This document shows positions 15,606 to 24,314 of a stretch of 64,000 nucleotides of DNA, in pieces. The notes under the pieces are model-generated. The model was not told the DNA's origin. It worked only from the letters and a program-made list of their open reading frames with translations, and did no database searches. Origin of the DNA: an uncultured Ruminococcus sp. (GTDB taxonomy: Bacteria; Bacillota; Clostridia; Oscillospirales; Acutalibacteraceae); NCBI GenBank assembly GCA_910585865.1, contig CAJUGO010000003.1, positions 32,924 through 96,923 of the forward strand, read 5' to 3'. The translations under genes and the position numbers were made by a program. Position 1 is the first letter of the stretch. Every line of letters begins with the position of its first letter.

Positions 15606-16325
15606 ATGAAAAAATCTTTTTTTAATAAGAAAAATGATGATAATAAAAATCAGTCCTCAGCAGTATTATTGTCTGACAAGAATAAATTTGCCATAGTGGA
15701 GTCATATAAAGCTGCAAGAACAAACATTATGTTTTCTCTCTCCGCAGTGAATAAAAAGATTTTTGCTGTAACAAGTTATTCAAAAGGCGAAGGTAAAAGT
15801 ACCGTTTCTGCTAATCTTGCTATTTCGTTTTCCAAAATGGAGAAAAAAATTCTGCTTGTGGATTCGGATTTACGAAGACCGAATGTGCATAATATTTTTA
15901 AGCTTGATAATGCAAATGGGTTATCCAATGTTACCGGAAATATGATAGGCTTTGATGAGGCAGTGAAACGCAATGTATTGCCTAATCTTGATATTCTTAC
16001 TTCAGGCACAATCCCGCCTAATCCTTCTGAGCTTATGTGCAGTTCAACTTTTATTGAACTTGTAGAATATATTTCTAATGAGTATGATTATATAATTTTT
16101 GATACTCCTCCGATTGGCGTTGTTGCTGACGCATTGCTTTTAAAAGATCTTATTGCCGGTTTTGTAATTGTTGTTCGTGAGCGCTCAACTACGCACGGTG
16201 ATTTGCAAAAGCTTCTTGACAGTATCAAACTTGCAGATTCCAAAGCAATAGGATTGCTTGAAGTTGGATGCTCTTACGATTCAAAGCGAAGGAAAAAAGG
16301 TTATTACTATTACCAATATTATTAA
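15606..16325 (+). CDS. CpsD/CapB-type protein-tyrosine kinase (BY-kinase catalytic subunit)
   Basis: Walker A 'SKGEGKSTVSANLA', Walker A' 'LLVDSDLRRP', Walker B 'YIIFDTPP', and a C-terminal tyrosine cluster 'KKGYYYYQYY'. Confidence 0.85.
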   Translation: MKKSFFNKKNDDNKNQSSAVLLSDKNKFAIVESYKAARTNIMFSLSAVNKKIFAVTSYSKGEGKSTVSANLAISFSKMEKKILLVDSDLRRPNVHNIFKLDNANGLSNVTGNMIGFDEAVKRNVLPNLDILTSGTIPPNPSELMCSSTFIELVEYISNEYDYIIFDTPPIGVVADALLLKDLIAGFVIVVRERSTTHGDLQKLLDSIKLADSKAIGLLEVGCSYDSKRRKKGYYYYQYY

Positions 16326-16341
16326 TTTACAGCAATATTAT

Positions 16342-16392
16342 ACAGACTTACGTACATTATACAAAAAGATGCAAGTAAGTCTGTTTTTTTTT
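16342..16392 (+). terminator. Rho-independent terminator after the BY-kinase gene
   Basis: 10-bp stem acagacttac / gtaagtctgt followed by a T9 run. The loop is long (23 nt). Confidence 0.6.
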
Positions 16393-16402
16393 GTTAATCT
16401 AA

Positions 16403-16434
16403 AAATGCAAGTTAACAAAAATTAACTTGCATTT
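16403..16434. promoter_or_regulatory. 13-bp perfect palindrome aaatgcaagttaa-N6-ttaacttgcattt (operator or second terminator)
   Basis: Read directly. The right arm overlaps a weak -35 (TTTACC, 16432-16437) placed 17 nt before TATAAT at 16455-16460. Confidence 0.4.
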
Positions 16435-16508
16435 ACCTTTTTGTTAATGTAGAATATAATGGTAATCAAAAACTGATTTTGCAATTTTTAATTAAGGAGA
16501 TAGCAAAA

Positions 16509-17789
16509 ATGGGTTATAACAAATGTACTAGAGAATTTCTTGAAAAAGAGTATTCAAATCTTTTAAAACAGTTTGAAAATGTAAAAAGCAAGGGACTTAA
16601 TCTTAATATGGCACGCGGAAAGCCGGGTAAAGACCAGCTTGATTTATCACTGCCAATGCTTGATGTTCTCAACAGCAGTTCTTCTTTTTTAGGAGAAGAC
16701 GGCATGGACTGCCGAAACTATGGTTTGCTTGACGGAATAAATGAGTGCAAGAAACTTTTTGGTGAAATACTTGGTGTAGAATCAGATATGGTAATGGTAG
16801 GCGGTTCGTCAAGTCTTAATATGATGTTTGATACAATATCCTGTATGATGACAACTGAAGTTGTTGACGGCTGTAAGCCGTGGTATGAAGTGAAGGACAG
16901 AAAATTTTTATGTCCTGTTCCCGGATATGACCGCCACTTTGGAATTACACAGTATTACGGTTTTAATATGATCCCGGTTCCTATGACTGAAAGCGGTCCT
17001 GATATGGACATTATAGAGAATCTTGTAAAGGATGACGCATCAATTAAGGGAATATGGTGTGTTCCTAAATACTCAAATCCTCAGGGAATTACTTACAGTG
17101 ATGAAACCGTAAAACGCCTTGCAGCATTAAAGCCTGCTGCTAAAGATTTCAGAATCATGTGGGACAATGCATATTGCCTGCATGACATCGGTGACAAATC
17201 GGACAGTCTTTTAAATATAATGGATGAATGCAAAAAGACTGGCAATGAGGATATGCCTGTGCTTTTCTGCTCAACATCAAAAATTACATTTCCGGGTTCC
17301 GGTGTTGCTGCAATGGCTGCATCAGAAAGCAATATGAAAGTTTTTAAGAAGAGATATAACTATCAGGTTATAAGCTATGATAAGCTTAATATGCTCAGAC
17401 ATGTGAAATTTTTTAAGGATTATAATGGCATAATTGATCATATGCAAAAGCATAAGGAGATATTAAAGCCTAAATTTGATATAGTTATTAATGCGCTTAA
17501 TTCTCAGCTTAAAGAAACAGGAGTTGCAAGCTGGTCTAATCCAAACGGGGGATATTTTATAAGCGTTGATGTGCTCAACGGTACAGCAAAGCGTGTGGTT
17601 GCACTTTGTAAGGAAGCAGGAGTTGTGCTTACAGATGCAGGTGCAACATATCCTCTTGGTATTGATCCTGATGACAGCAACATTAGAATTGCACCGACTT
17701 TTCCTCCAAATAATGAATTGGAAACGGCTATGGATGTATTTTGTATTTGTGTTAAACTGGCAGCATGTGAGAAATTACTTGAAAAATAG
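16509..17789 (+). CDS. PLP-dependent aminotransferase (class I/II fold; aspartate-aminotransferase-like)
   Basis: PLP-lysine motif 'CSTSKITFPGSG' and 'NPQGITYSDETVKRLA'. Start moved to ATG 16509 (AAGGAG at 16494-16499). Confidence 0.75.
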   Translation: MGYNKCTREFLEKEYSNLLKQFENVKSKGLNLNMARGKPGKDQLDLSLPMLDVLNSSSSFLGEDGMDCRNYGLLDGINECKKLFGEILGVESDMVMVGGSSSLNMMFDTISCMMTTEVVDGCKPWYEVKDRKFLCPVPGYDRHFGITQYYGFNMIPVPMTESGPDMDIIENLVKDDASIKGIWCVPKYSNPQGITYSDETVKRLAALKPAAKDFRIMWDNAYCLHDIGDKSDSLLNIMDECKKTGNEDMPVLFCSTSKITFPGSGVAAMAASESNMKVFKKRYNYQVISYDKLNMLRHVKFFKDYNGIIDHMQKHKEILKPKFDIVINALNSQLKETGVASWSNPNGGYFISVDVLNGTAKRVVALCKEAGVVLTDAGATYPLGIDPDDSNIRIAPTFPPNNELETAMDVFCICVKLAACEKLLEK

Positions 17790-17860
17790 ATATCTTTATT
17801 ACATTAAGATGTAAAATTAGATGTTTTTAATTATTTTTTTATTAAATATTTCCTTTTCCA

Positions 17861-17889
17861 TTGACATTTTTGCAAAAAAATTTTATAAT
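17861..17889 (+). promoter_or_regulatory. Consensus sigma-A promoter (TTGACA, 17 nt, TATAAT) upstream of secD
   Basis: -35 at 17861-17866 and -10 at 17884-17889, with exactly 17 nt spacing. Confidence 0.5.
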
Positions 17890-17936
17890 AACTCTGTTAT
17901 GTCTGTAGTTTAAGCTCATAACAGAGTTATTTTTAT
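17889..17936 (+). terminator. Hairpin plus T-tract (terminator of the aminotransferase gene or a leader structure of secDF)
   Basis: 13-bp stem taactctgttatg / cataacagagtta followed by TTTTTATT. The left arm starts at the last base of the -10 box. Confidence 0.5.
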
Positions 17937-17985
17937 TAGGCGAGTCAAAAACTGCGGACAATTTTTTCACGGAGGTTTCAAAGGC

Positions 17986-19407
17986 ATGAAAAGAGTTCCA
18001 AAGCCTGTATTCTTTATCGTAGCTTTGCTGATACTTGCCTTTTCCTTTACTGCGCTTTTCGGAGTTTCCTATTATACAGGTGATAACAAAAACACAGTAT
18101 TAAAAGGTATCGGCGATATACGATGGGGAATTGACATTAGAGGCGGTGTTGAGGCAACATTTAAGCCTGCCAATAATGTTGATGCAACTGATGAGCAGTT
18201 AGAATCTGCTAAATCGATTATTGAGTTAAGAATGGTATCCCAGGGTATTACGGATTACGAGTTATATGCTGATAAGGGCAGTGACAGAATTATTGTTCGT
18301 TTTCCATGGAAATCCGAGGATGACACACAAAATGCTGTTGAAGCAATCGACGAGATTTCTTCAACTGCTCAGCTTACTTTCCGTCCCGGAAAGAGCTATG
18401 CTTCTACTGATATAGGTTCAGACGGAAGTTATGTTTACAAAACGCCTACCGGTGATACTGAAACTGTACTTATGGATGGCTCATATATTGAAAAGGCTGA
18501 AGCTCAGTATTATCAGGCAGATGATGGTACGCGCAAGTATGTAGTAAGTCTCACCTTTAAAGACAGCGGAGATAAAAACGGCAAAGAGAGATTTGGTGAA
18601 ATTACCACTGAGTATGTAAATCAGACTATATCCATTTGGATGGATGATATTATGCTTTCTGCTCCTACTGTTAATTCTGCAATTACTGACGGTAAGGCTC
18701 AGATAGAAGGTGACTTTACTGCTGAAGAAGCATCTCAGCTTGCCGAGAAAATAAATGCAGGTGCTTTGCCATTCCAGCTTGAAACTTCAAACTACGGCGT
18801 AATCAGTGCAACACTTGGTGAAAATTCACTTTTGGCAATGGGTTATGCTGCTGTTATAGCTTTCATTATCATTGCTCTTATTATGATTGTTTTCTACCGT
18901 TTACCTGGTTTTATTGCCGTTATTTCACTTATTGGACAGATGGGTCTTGCAATAGCTGCTGTTTCAGGTTACTTTACAGCTATTCCTTCATTCACAATGA
19001 CACTCCCGGGTATTGCAGGTCTTATACTTTCAATTGGTATGGGTGTTGACTGTAATGTTATTACAGCAGAGCGTATTAAGGAAGAAATTAAAGCCGGAAG
19101 AACCCTTGACGGAGCGCTTGACCGCGGTACAAAGAATTCTCTTTCCGCAATTATCGATGGTAATATGACAGTTATAATCGTGTCAATTATTCTCATGCTT
19201 GTATTTGGTCCGTCAAATATTCTTTCAATTATTTTCGGCGAATCAACAACAGGTACGATTTACTCATTTGGTTACACACTTCTCGTGGGTGTTATAGCTA
19301 ACTTTATTATGGGTGTATTCTTTACCAGAATCATGCTGAGAAGTGTTGCCGGATTTAAATTTTTACGCAAAAAGTGGTTGTTTGGAGGTGCTAAGAATGA
19401 AAAATGA
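17986..19407 (+). CDS. secD: Protein translocase subunit SecD
   Basis: N-terminal TM, a large extracytoplasmic domain, and a C-terminal 5-TM bundle with 'GIAGLILSIGMGVDCNVI'. GGAGG RBS. Confidence 0.9.
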   Translation: MKRVPKPVFFIVALLILAFSFTALFGVSYYTGDNKNTVLKGIGDIRWGIDIRGGVEATFKPANNVDATDEQLESAKSIIELRMVSQGITDYELYADKGSDRIIVRFPWKSEDDTQNAVEAIDEISSTAQLTFRPGKSYASTDIGSDGSYVYKTPTGDTETVLMDGSYIEKAEAQYYQADDGTRKYVVSLTFKDSGDKNGKERFGEITTEYVNQTISIWMDDIMLSAPTVNSAITDGKAQIEGDFTAEEASQLAEKINAGALPFQLETSNYGVISATLGENSLLAMGYAAVIAFIIIALIMIVFYRLPGFIAVISLIGQMGLAIAAVSGYFTAIPSFTMTLPGIAGLILSIGMGVDCNVITAERIKEEIKAGRTLDGALDRGTKNSLSAIIDGNMTVIIVSIILMLVFGPSNILSIIFGESTTGTIYSFGYTLLVGVIANFIMGVFFTRIMLRSVAGFKFLRKKWLFGGAKNEK

Positions 19408-20404
19408 TATTCAGACTAAAGCAAACTCGAAAATGACCGTTGAGGAAATCAGCAATAAGTACAACGGCGGAAAAAAGATAATTGACTTTGTAGGCAAAAA
19501 GAAGATTTTCTTTGGTATTTCAATTGCTGTTATTTTAATCGGAATTATCTGTAACTTTGTTTTTGGTACAAGGCTTGATATTCAGTTTTCCGGTGGTGCT
19601 ACTATCAAATTCAGTTATACCGGCAGTATTGATCAAGAGGAACTTTACAGTTTCATTCAGGCGAAAACCACAGACAAAATTACTACATCTTTCTCAAAAG
19701 ATCTTATGGGTAATTCAGGCAATAATGTTTCGGTTCAGTTCTCAGGTAATGATTCAATTGAAACTGAAATTCAGAAGAGTCTTGAAAATGATCTTCAGGA
19801 AAAATATCCTGACAATAACTTTGTTTGTCTTGAATCCAATTCCGTAGACCCTTCAATGGGATTCAACTTCTTCCTTAAGTGCTTAACTGCTGTTGCGATT
19901 GCAAGTGTTTTGATGGTACTTTATGTAACATTCAGATTTAAAAAGATAGGTGGTCTCTCAGCTGGTGTAATGGCGTTAGTTGCATTATTCCATGATGTAG
20001 CTATGATATATTTTATGTATGTAATCTTCCAGATGCCAATTGATTCAAGCTTTATTGCAGTAGTTCTTATGATACTCGGATACTCTCTAAATGATACAAT
20101 CGTTATTTATGACCGTGTTCGTGAAGAGAGAAAGCTTGTTGGCAGTAAGGCGGATGTGGGAGATGTATTTAATCTCAGTTGTACAAAGACAATTAAGAGA
20201 ACAATAATGACTTCAATTACAACTCTTTCAGCGATTGTTGTGGTTTATGTTGTTGCGTTTGTATTTAATATCTCTTCTGTACAGGGTTTTGCTCTTCCGA
20301 TGATGATCGGCATAGTTTCCGGTTGTTATTCTTCAATCTGCATAGCAGGTCCTCTTTGGGTAATGTGGCAAAGACATAAAAAGAGCCAGAAGACAGTAAA
20401 ATAA
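19397..20404 (+). CDS. secF: Protein translocase subunit SecF
   Basis: 'LGYSLNDTIVIYDRVRE' SecF signature. Start set to ATG 19397 (GGAGGTG at 19384-19390), overlapping the secD stop by 11 nt. Confidence 0.9.
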   Translation: MKNDIQTKANSKMTVEEISNKYNGGKKIIDFVGKKKIFFGISIAVILIGIICNFVFGTRLDIQFSGGATIKFSYTGSIDQEELYSFIQAKTTDKITTSFSKDLMGNSGNNVSVQFSGNDSIETEIQKSLENDLQEKYPDNNFVCLESNSVDPSMGFNFFLKCLTAVAIASVLMVLYVTFRFKKIGGLSAGVMALVALFHDVAMIYFMYVIFQMPIDSSFIAVVLMILGYSLNDTIVIYDRVREERKLVGSKADVGDVFNLSCTKTIKRTIMTSITTLSAIVVVYVVAFVFNISSVQGFALPMMIGIVSGCYSSICIAGPLWVMWQRHKKSQKTVK

Positions 20405-20431
20405 AAATTCTGAATAATTGCAAATAATAAC

Positions 20432-20475
20432 GGGTTGCATATGAATATAATTCAATGCAACCCTAATTTGCTTTT
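20432..20475 (+). terminator. Probable terminator after secF
   Basis: 9-bp stem gggttgcat / atgcaaccc with an interrupted T-tract. Confidence 0.4.
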
Positions 20476-20567
20476 TAGGAAATTGCTCAAAACCAGTCCA
20501 GCGATCGGGATTGGTTTATATTAATCTGTTCTCGGACGGTATAAGAGGATTAAAATGCTCTCATAAG

Positions 20568-20576
20568 TGCTATAAT
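20568..20576 (+). promoter_or_regulatory. Extended -10 element (TGcTATAAT) upstream of the zinc-type ABC operon
   Basis: Read directly, 29 nt before ATG 20605. No convincing -35 or Zur-type box was identified. Confidence 0.3.
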
Positions 20577-20604
20577 AAATTAATAATATTGTTACGGTGA
20601 ATTT

Positions 20605-21534
20605 ATGAAAAAACCTTTTTCTCTATTTTTGATCATTATTATAATATCATTGTTTGTATTTTCGGGATGTAATTCAAATGAGAAGTCTCAGTATGAATCT
20701 AATGATAATCTTAAAATTGTTACCACAATATTTCCTTATTACGATTTTGTAAGGACAGTTACAGGTAATAAGGCTGATATTGTGCTTTTGCTGTCACCTG
20801 GAAGCGAACCCCACAGTTATGAACCGTCACCTTCCGACATAGTTGCAATTGAAAACTGTGATATATTTATTTATAACGGCGGTGAAAGTGATGAATGGGT
20901 GGAAGAAGTCTTAAGTTCACTTGAGAACACGAATATTAAAATTCTTCGTATGATGGATTATATTGCACCGTTATATGAAAAAACACCTGAGCATACTGAC
21001 GGCGATGAGTACGACGAACATATTTGGACATCTTTGAGAAATGCACAAAGTCTTGTGAATGCCATAACGGATGAGGTTATTGATGCTGATTCAAAGAATA
21101 AATCTTTTTTTGAGAGAAACAGTGAAGTTTATATTAAAAGTCTTTCTGAACTTGATAAAAAGTTTGAAGCTGCAGTAGGCACAGCACGGCGAAAAGTGGT
21201 TGTATTTGGTGACAGATTTCCCTTTCTTTATTTTATTACGGATTATAATCTTGATTATGAGTGTGCATTTCCTGGGTGCAGCAGCGAGACGGAGCCAAGT
21301 ATTGCTACTGTTTCCAGACTTATTGATTATGTAAGGAACAAAAATATTCCTGTAGTCTTTTATCTTGAATTCTCTAATGGAAAAATTGCACAAATAATAT
21401 CTGAAGATTCAAATGCACGGACATTGCAGTTTTCCTCCTGTCATAATGTCACAAAAGATGAGTTTGAAAATAAAGTAACATACCTTTTGTTAATGGAACA
21501 AAATCTAAATGTCTTGAAGGAGGCGATATCATAA
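20605..21534 (+). CDS. Metal (zinc-type) ABC transporter substrate-binding lipoprotein, ZnuA/AdcA/TroA family
   Basis: Lipobox 'LFVFSGC'. Acidic/His loop 'PEHTDGDEYDEHIW'. Cluster A-I SBP layout. Confidence 0.85.
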   Translation: MKKPFSLFLIIIIISLFVFSGCNSNEKSQYESNDNLKIVTTIFPYYDFVRTVTGNKADIVLLLSPGSEPHSYEPSPSDIVAIENCDIFIYNGGESDEWVEEVLSSLENTNIKILRMMDYIAPLYEKTPEHTDGDEYDEHIWTSLRNAQSLVNAITDEVIDADSKNKSFFERNSEVYIKSLSELDKKFEAAVGTARRKVVVFGDRFPFLYFITDYNLDYECAFPGCSSETEPSIATVSRLIDYVRNKNIPVVFYLEFSNGKIAQIISEDSNARTLQFSSCHNVTKDEFENKVTYLLLMEQNLNVLKEAIS

Positions 21535-22280
21535 TGGCATTGATAACAATTGATAATGCTTCAATGGGATATGACGGCAAGACAGTACTTTCAAATCTTT
21601 CACTTAATATTTACGAAAAAGATTATGTTTGTATAGTTGGCGAGAACGGTTCAGGAAAGACAACGCTTATGAAGTGTCTTCTTGGTCTTATTCAGCCAAT
21701 AAAAGGAGTTATTTCCTTTGGTGACGGATTAAAACAAAGTGAAATAGGATATCTGCCTCAGCAAACACTTATACAGAAAGATTTCCCTGCTTCGGTAAGT
21801 GAAGTAGTAATATCAGGATGTCTCAATAAGAAACATACGATGTTTTATTCTAAACAGCAAAAAGAGACTGCCGCGAGAAATATGGAACTGACCGGCGTTT
21901 ACAAATTAAGAAAAAAATGTTTTCGTGAATTATCGGGCGGACAACGGCAGAGGGTAATGCTTGCACGATCGTTGTGTGCAACTCAAAAGCTTCTTATTCT
22001 TGATGAGCCTGTAACGGGTCTTGATCCTATGGCAACAGCTGATATGTATACCCTTATTAAAAATCTTAACAGCAAAGGCATAACGATTATAATGGTTTCG
22101 CATGACGTTAATTCTGCTGTAAGCAACGCATCAAAAATTCTTCATCTTTCGCGCAATAATTATTTTTATGGGACTGCGCATCAGTATTTGCATTCTGACT
22201 TGGGAAAAAAGTTTATACTGAGTGATTGTCCTTGTGATGATTGCCGTCACAGAGCAAAGGCAGGTGCACACAATGTTTGA
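21534..22280 (+). CDS. Metal ABC transporter ATP-binding protein (ZnuC-like) with Cys/His-rich C-terminal tail
   Basis: Walker A 'GENGSGKTT', signature 'LSGGQRQR', Walker B 'LLILDEP'. Tail 'SDCPCDDCRHRAKAGAH'. Confidence 0.85.
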   Translation: MALITIDNASMGYDGKTVLSNLSLNIYEKDYVCIVGENGSGKTTLMKCLLGLIQPIKGVISFGDGLKQSEIGYLPQQTLIQKDFPASVSEVVISGCLNKKHTMFYSKQQKETAARNMELTGVYKLRKKCFRELSGGQRQRVMLARSLCATQKLLILDEPVTGLDPMATADMYTLIKNLNSKGITIIMVSHDVNSAVSNASKILHLSRNNYFYGTAHQYLHSDLGKKFILSDCPCDDCRHRAKAGAHNV

Positions 22281-23109
22281 TATGTTAGCCGAGATGTTTT
22301 CGTATAATTTCATTATCAGGGCTTTTATTGTAGGTACGCTTGTATCGCTTTGCGCCGCTTTACTTGGAGTAACGCTTGTTTTAAAGAGATACTCTATGAT
22401 TGGTGACGGACTGTCTCATGTAGGATTCGGAGCGTTGGCTGTTGCAGCATCGTTAAATCTTGCTCCTCTTGAAGTGGCAGTTCCCGTAATAGTTGCTGCT
22501 GCTTTTTTGCTCTTAAGATTGTCTGAAAACAGTAAAATCAACGGAGATGCGGCAATAGCAATAATTTCAAGTACTGCGCTTGCAGTAGGAGTAGTATTTG
22601 TAAGTATATCGGGAGTAAATACCGATCTTAATTCATATCTGTTTGGCAGTATTCTTGCCACAACGACAGCCGATGCAATTATGTGTGCGGTTCTTGCTGT
22701 TGTTGTAATAATTGTATTTGCTTTGTTTTACAACAATATATTTGCTGTAACGTTTGATGAAACTTTTTCAAAAGCTACAGGTCTAAAGACTGGCGTATAT
22801 AACACGGTAATTGCATTGCTTACTGCTCTTACAATAGTTATTGGCATGAGAATAATGGGTACTCTTCTCATATCTGCACTTATTATATTTCCGGCGCTTT
22901 CCTCAATGAGAATCTGTAAAAAGTTTAAGTCTGTAATTATATGTTCCGGTGTACTGTCTCTTTGCTCTTTTTTCGTTGGAATGTGTACATCCTATTCTTT
23001 GGATACTCCCACAGGCGCAAGCGTGGTAATTGTGAATGCAGCAGTATTTGTAATTTTTTGGATTATAGATATTGTATATTCAAAGGTGAAAAAGCAAAAT
23101 AAATTATGA
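22273..23109 (+). CDS. Metal ABC transporter permease (ZnuB-like, ABC-3 family)
   Basis: Polytopic. Start set to ATG 22273 (MFDMLAEMFSYNFIIRAF...), overlapping the ATPase stop by 8 nt. Confidence 0.85.
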   Translation: MFDMLAEMFSYNFIIRAFIVGTLVSLCAALLGVTLVLKRYSMIGDGLSHVGFGALAVAASLNLAPLEVAVPVIVAAAFLLLRLSENSKINGDAAIAIISSTALAVGVVFVSISGVNTDLNSYLFGSILATTTADAIMCAVLAVVVIIVFALFYNNIFAVTFDETFSKATGLKTGVYNTVIALLTALTIVIGMRIMGTLLISALIIFPALSSMRICKKFKSVIICSGVLSLCSFFVGMCTSYSLDTPTGASVVIVNAAVFVIFWIIDIVYSKVKKQNKL

Positions 23110-23130
23110 TATATTTATCAGTCAGACGTT

Positions 23131-23180
23131 TAAAGACCGTTTTAAAGTATAAACATTTACTTGATTTAAAACGGTCTTTA
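23131..23180. terminator. Bidirectional terminator between convergent genes
   Basis: 16-bp perfect stem taaagaccgttttaaa / tttaaaacggtcttta. Confidence 0.7.
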
Positions 23181-23183
23181 GCA

Positions 23184-23564
23184 TCAGAGTAAGTTTTCGA
23201 GCAATGGATACTCACTTTCTTTTATGGAAGTGAGTTCTTTTTTTGCGTCAGTGCTCTCAGAAAAATACATATCAATATTTTTTCTTTCAGCAAATGAAGT
23301 CATTTTTGCAATACTAAGCCCAATTTCGTCAACATAATCATGGATAAGCAGCATATCTATTGTTCCGGCACTGTCATACCATTCTTTTTCCGTATTTTGG
23401 CAGATTCTTAGAGCACTGGTGTATTCATTTCTTCTCATAAGCTTATCAATATTTTCAATTTTACTGATAAACATATCTGCTTTAGCGGTAATATACCCTG
23501 TTTCAACAGCAGCTGCGCAGAGTGTAATCAGCAAAAATATTACTGCAATATATATTCTTTTCAT
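23184..23564 (-). CDS. DUF4363 family protein (membrane-anchored)
   Basis: N-terminal TM 'IYIAVIFLLITLCAAAV' followed by a helical domain. Sits in the position typical of DUF4363, just downstream of a DUF421 gene. Confidence 0.55.
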   Translation of the reverse strand: MKRIYIAVIFLLITLCAAAVETGYITAKADMFISKIENIDKLMRRNEYTSALRICQNTEKEWYDSAGTIDMLLIHDYVDEIGLSIAKMTSFAERKNIDMYFSESTDAKKELTSIKESEYPLLENLL

Positions 23565-23566
23565 TT

Positions 23567-24238
23567 TTACCGTTCTTTCTTAATAATATTATAATTTCCC
23601 AAAGCATCTAAGGTCATAAGAAAAACATCCTTAAGAACAGTGTTTTCTTTTAAAAGTATTTGTTGTACATCATTGCTGTTTTTGCTGCAAAGCGAAAGTG
23701 AATTATTAAGTATTTCACCGTCACTTACAACTACTGTTTCTATTTTGTTGTCTTTTATTTGGATACCTAAATCAGATGCAGATGGTTTTCTTTTTGAAGG
23801 CTTCTCAAGAACGCTCACTTTTCCGTTAGTTTCAACTATGCAGTATTGAACATCCTCGATTGAAAATATATCCAGTTGCCTTAACTGGACTGATAAGTCT
23901 TCAGTAGTAAGTCTTAATCTTCGCATTTCCTCCTGCAATATAATTCCGTCACGAATTACAATAACAGGCTTTCCGCATAGAAGATTTCTGAATTTACTCC
24001 ATTTCATCATCAGAATGCTTGCTGCAATTTCAAGTGCTACAAGCACCAGAACAGGAATAATTCCGCTTAGCAACGGCTGTGAAGTATTCTGCATGGGAAT
24101 AGCTGCAATTTCAGACACAATAAGTGTTATAACAAGCTCGCTTGGCTGCATATCACTTATTTGTCTTTTTCCCATAAGTCTTACAGCCAGGATTACAAAT
24201 GCGTACAGCATTACTGTACGAATAATTGAAATAAACAT
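23567..24238 (-). CDS. DUF421 (YetF/YdfS/YrbG-like) membrane protein
   Basis: 'MFISIIRTVMLYAFVILAVRLMGKRQISDMQPSELVITL' is the canonical DUF421 N-terminus. Start set to ATG 24238. The 510-nt upstream extension in the ORF track is antisense to the gerA-type gene. Confidence 0.8.
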   Translation of the reverse strand: MFISIIRTVMLYAFVILAVRLMGKRQISDMQPSELVITLIVSEIAAIPMQNTSQPLLSGIIPVLVLVALEIAASILMMKWSKFRNLLCGKPVIVIRDGIILQEEMRRLRLTTEDLSVQLRQLDIFSIEDVQYCIVETNGKVSVLEKPSKRKPSASDLGIQIKDNKIETVVVSDGEILNNSLSLCSKNSNDVQQILLKENTVLKDVFLMTLDALGNYNIIKKER

Positions 24239-24260
24239 AATATCACCGTTTTTAATATTT

Positions 24261-24290
24261 GCATAAAAGCTGTGTATATTCCACAAAATA
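24261..24290 (+). promoter_or_regulatory. Possible sigma-G/F-type forespore promoter for the germinant receptor operon
   Basis: GCATAA, 17 nt, CAAAATA, compared with the recalled sigma-G consensus GhATr-17/18-CAtxxTA. If it is used, translation must start at ATG 24315/24318 rather than 24297. Confidence 0.3.
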
Positions 24291-24314
24291 AATAAAATGC
24301 TAAACATTGGTGAT

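Noticed and set aside
20488-20518. Imperfect hairpin aaaccagtcc...gggattggttt downstream of secF
   Set aside because: It contains mismatches, has no T-tract and shows no recognisable riboswitch features, so it is not distinguishable from chance.
20577-20600. AT-rich quasi-palindrome (aaattaataatattgtta) between the -10 element and the zinc-type SBP gene, considered as a Zur/AdcR box
   Set aside because: It does not match the Zur (TCGTAAT-N-ATTACGA-like) or AdcR (TTAACNNGTTAA) consensus as I recall them. The symmetry is weak in an AT-rich background.
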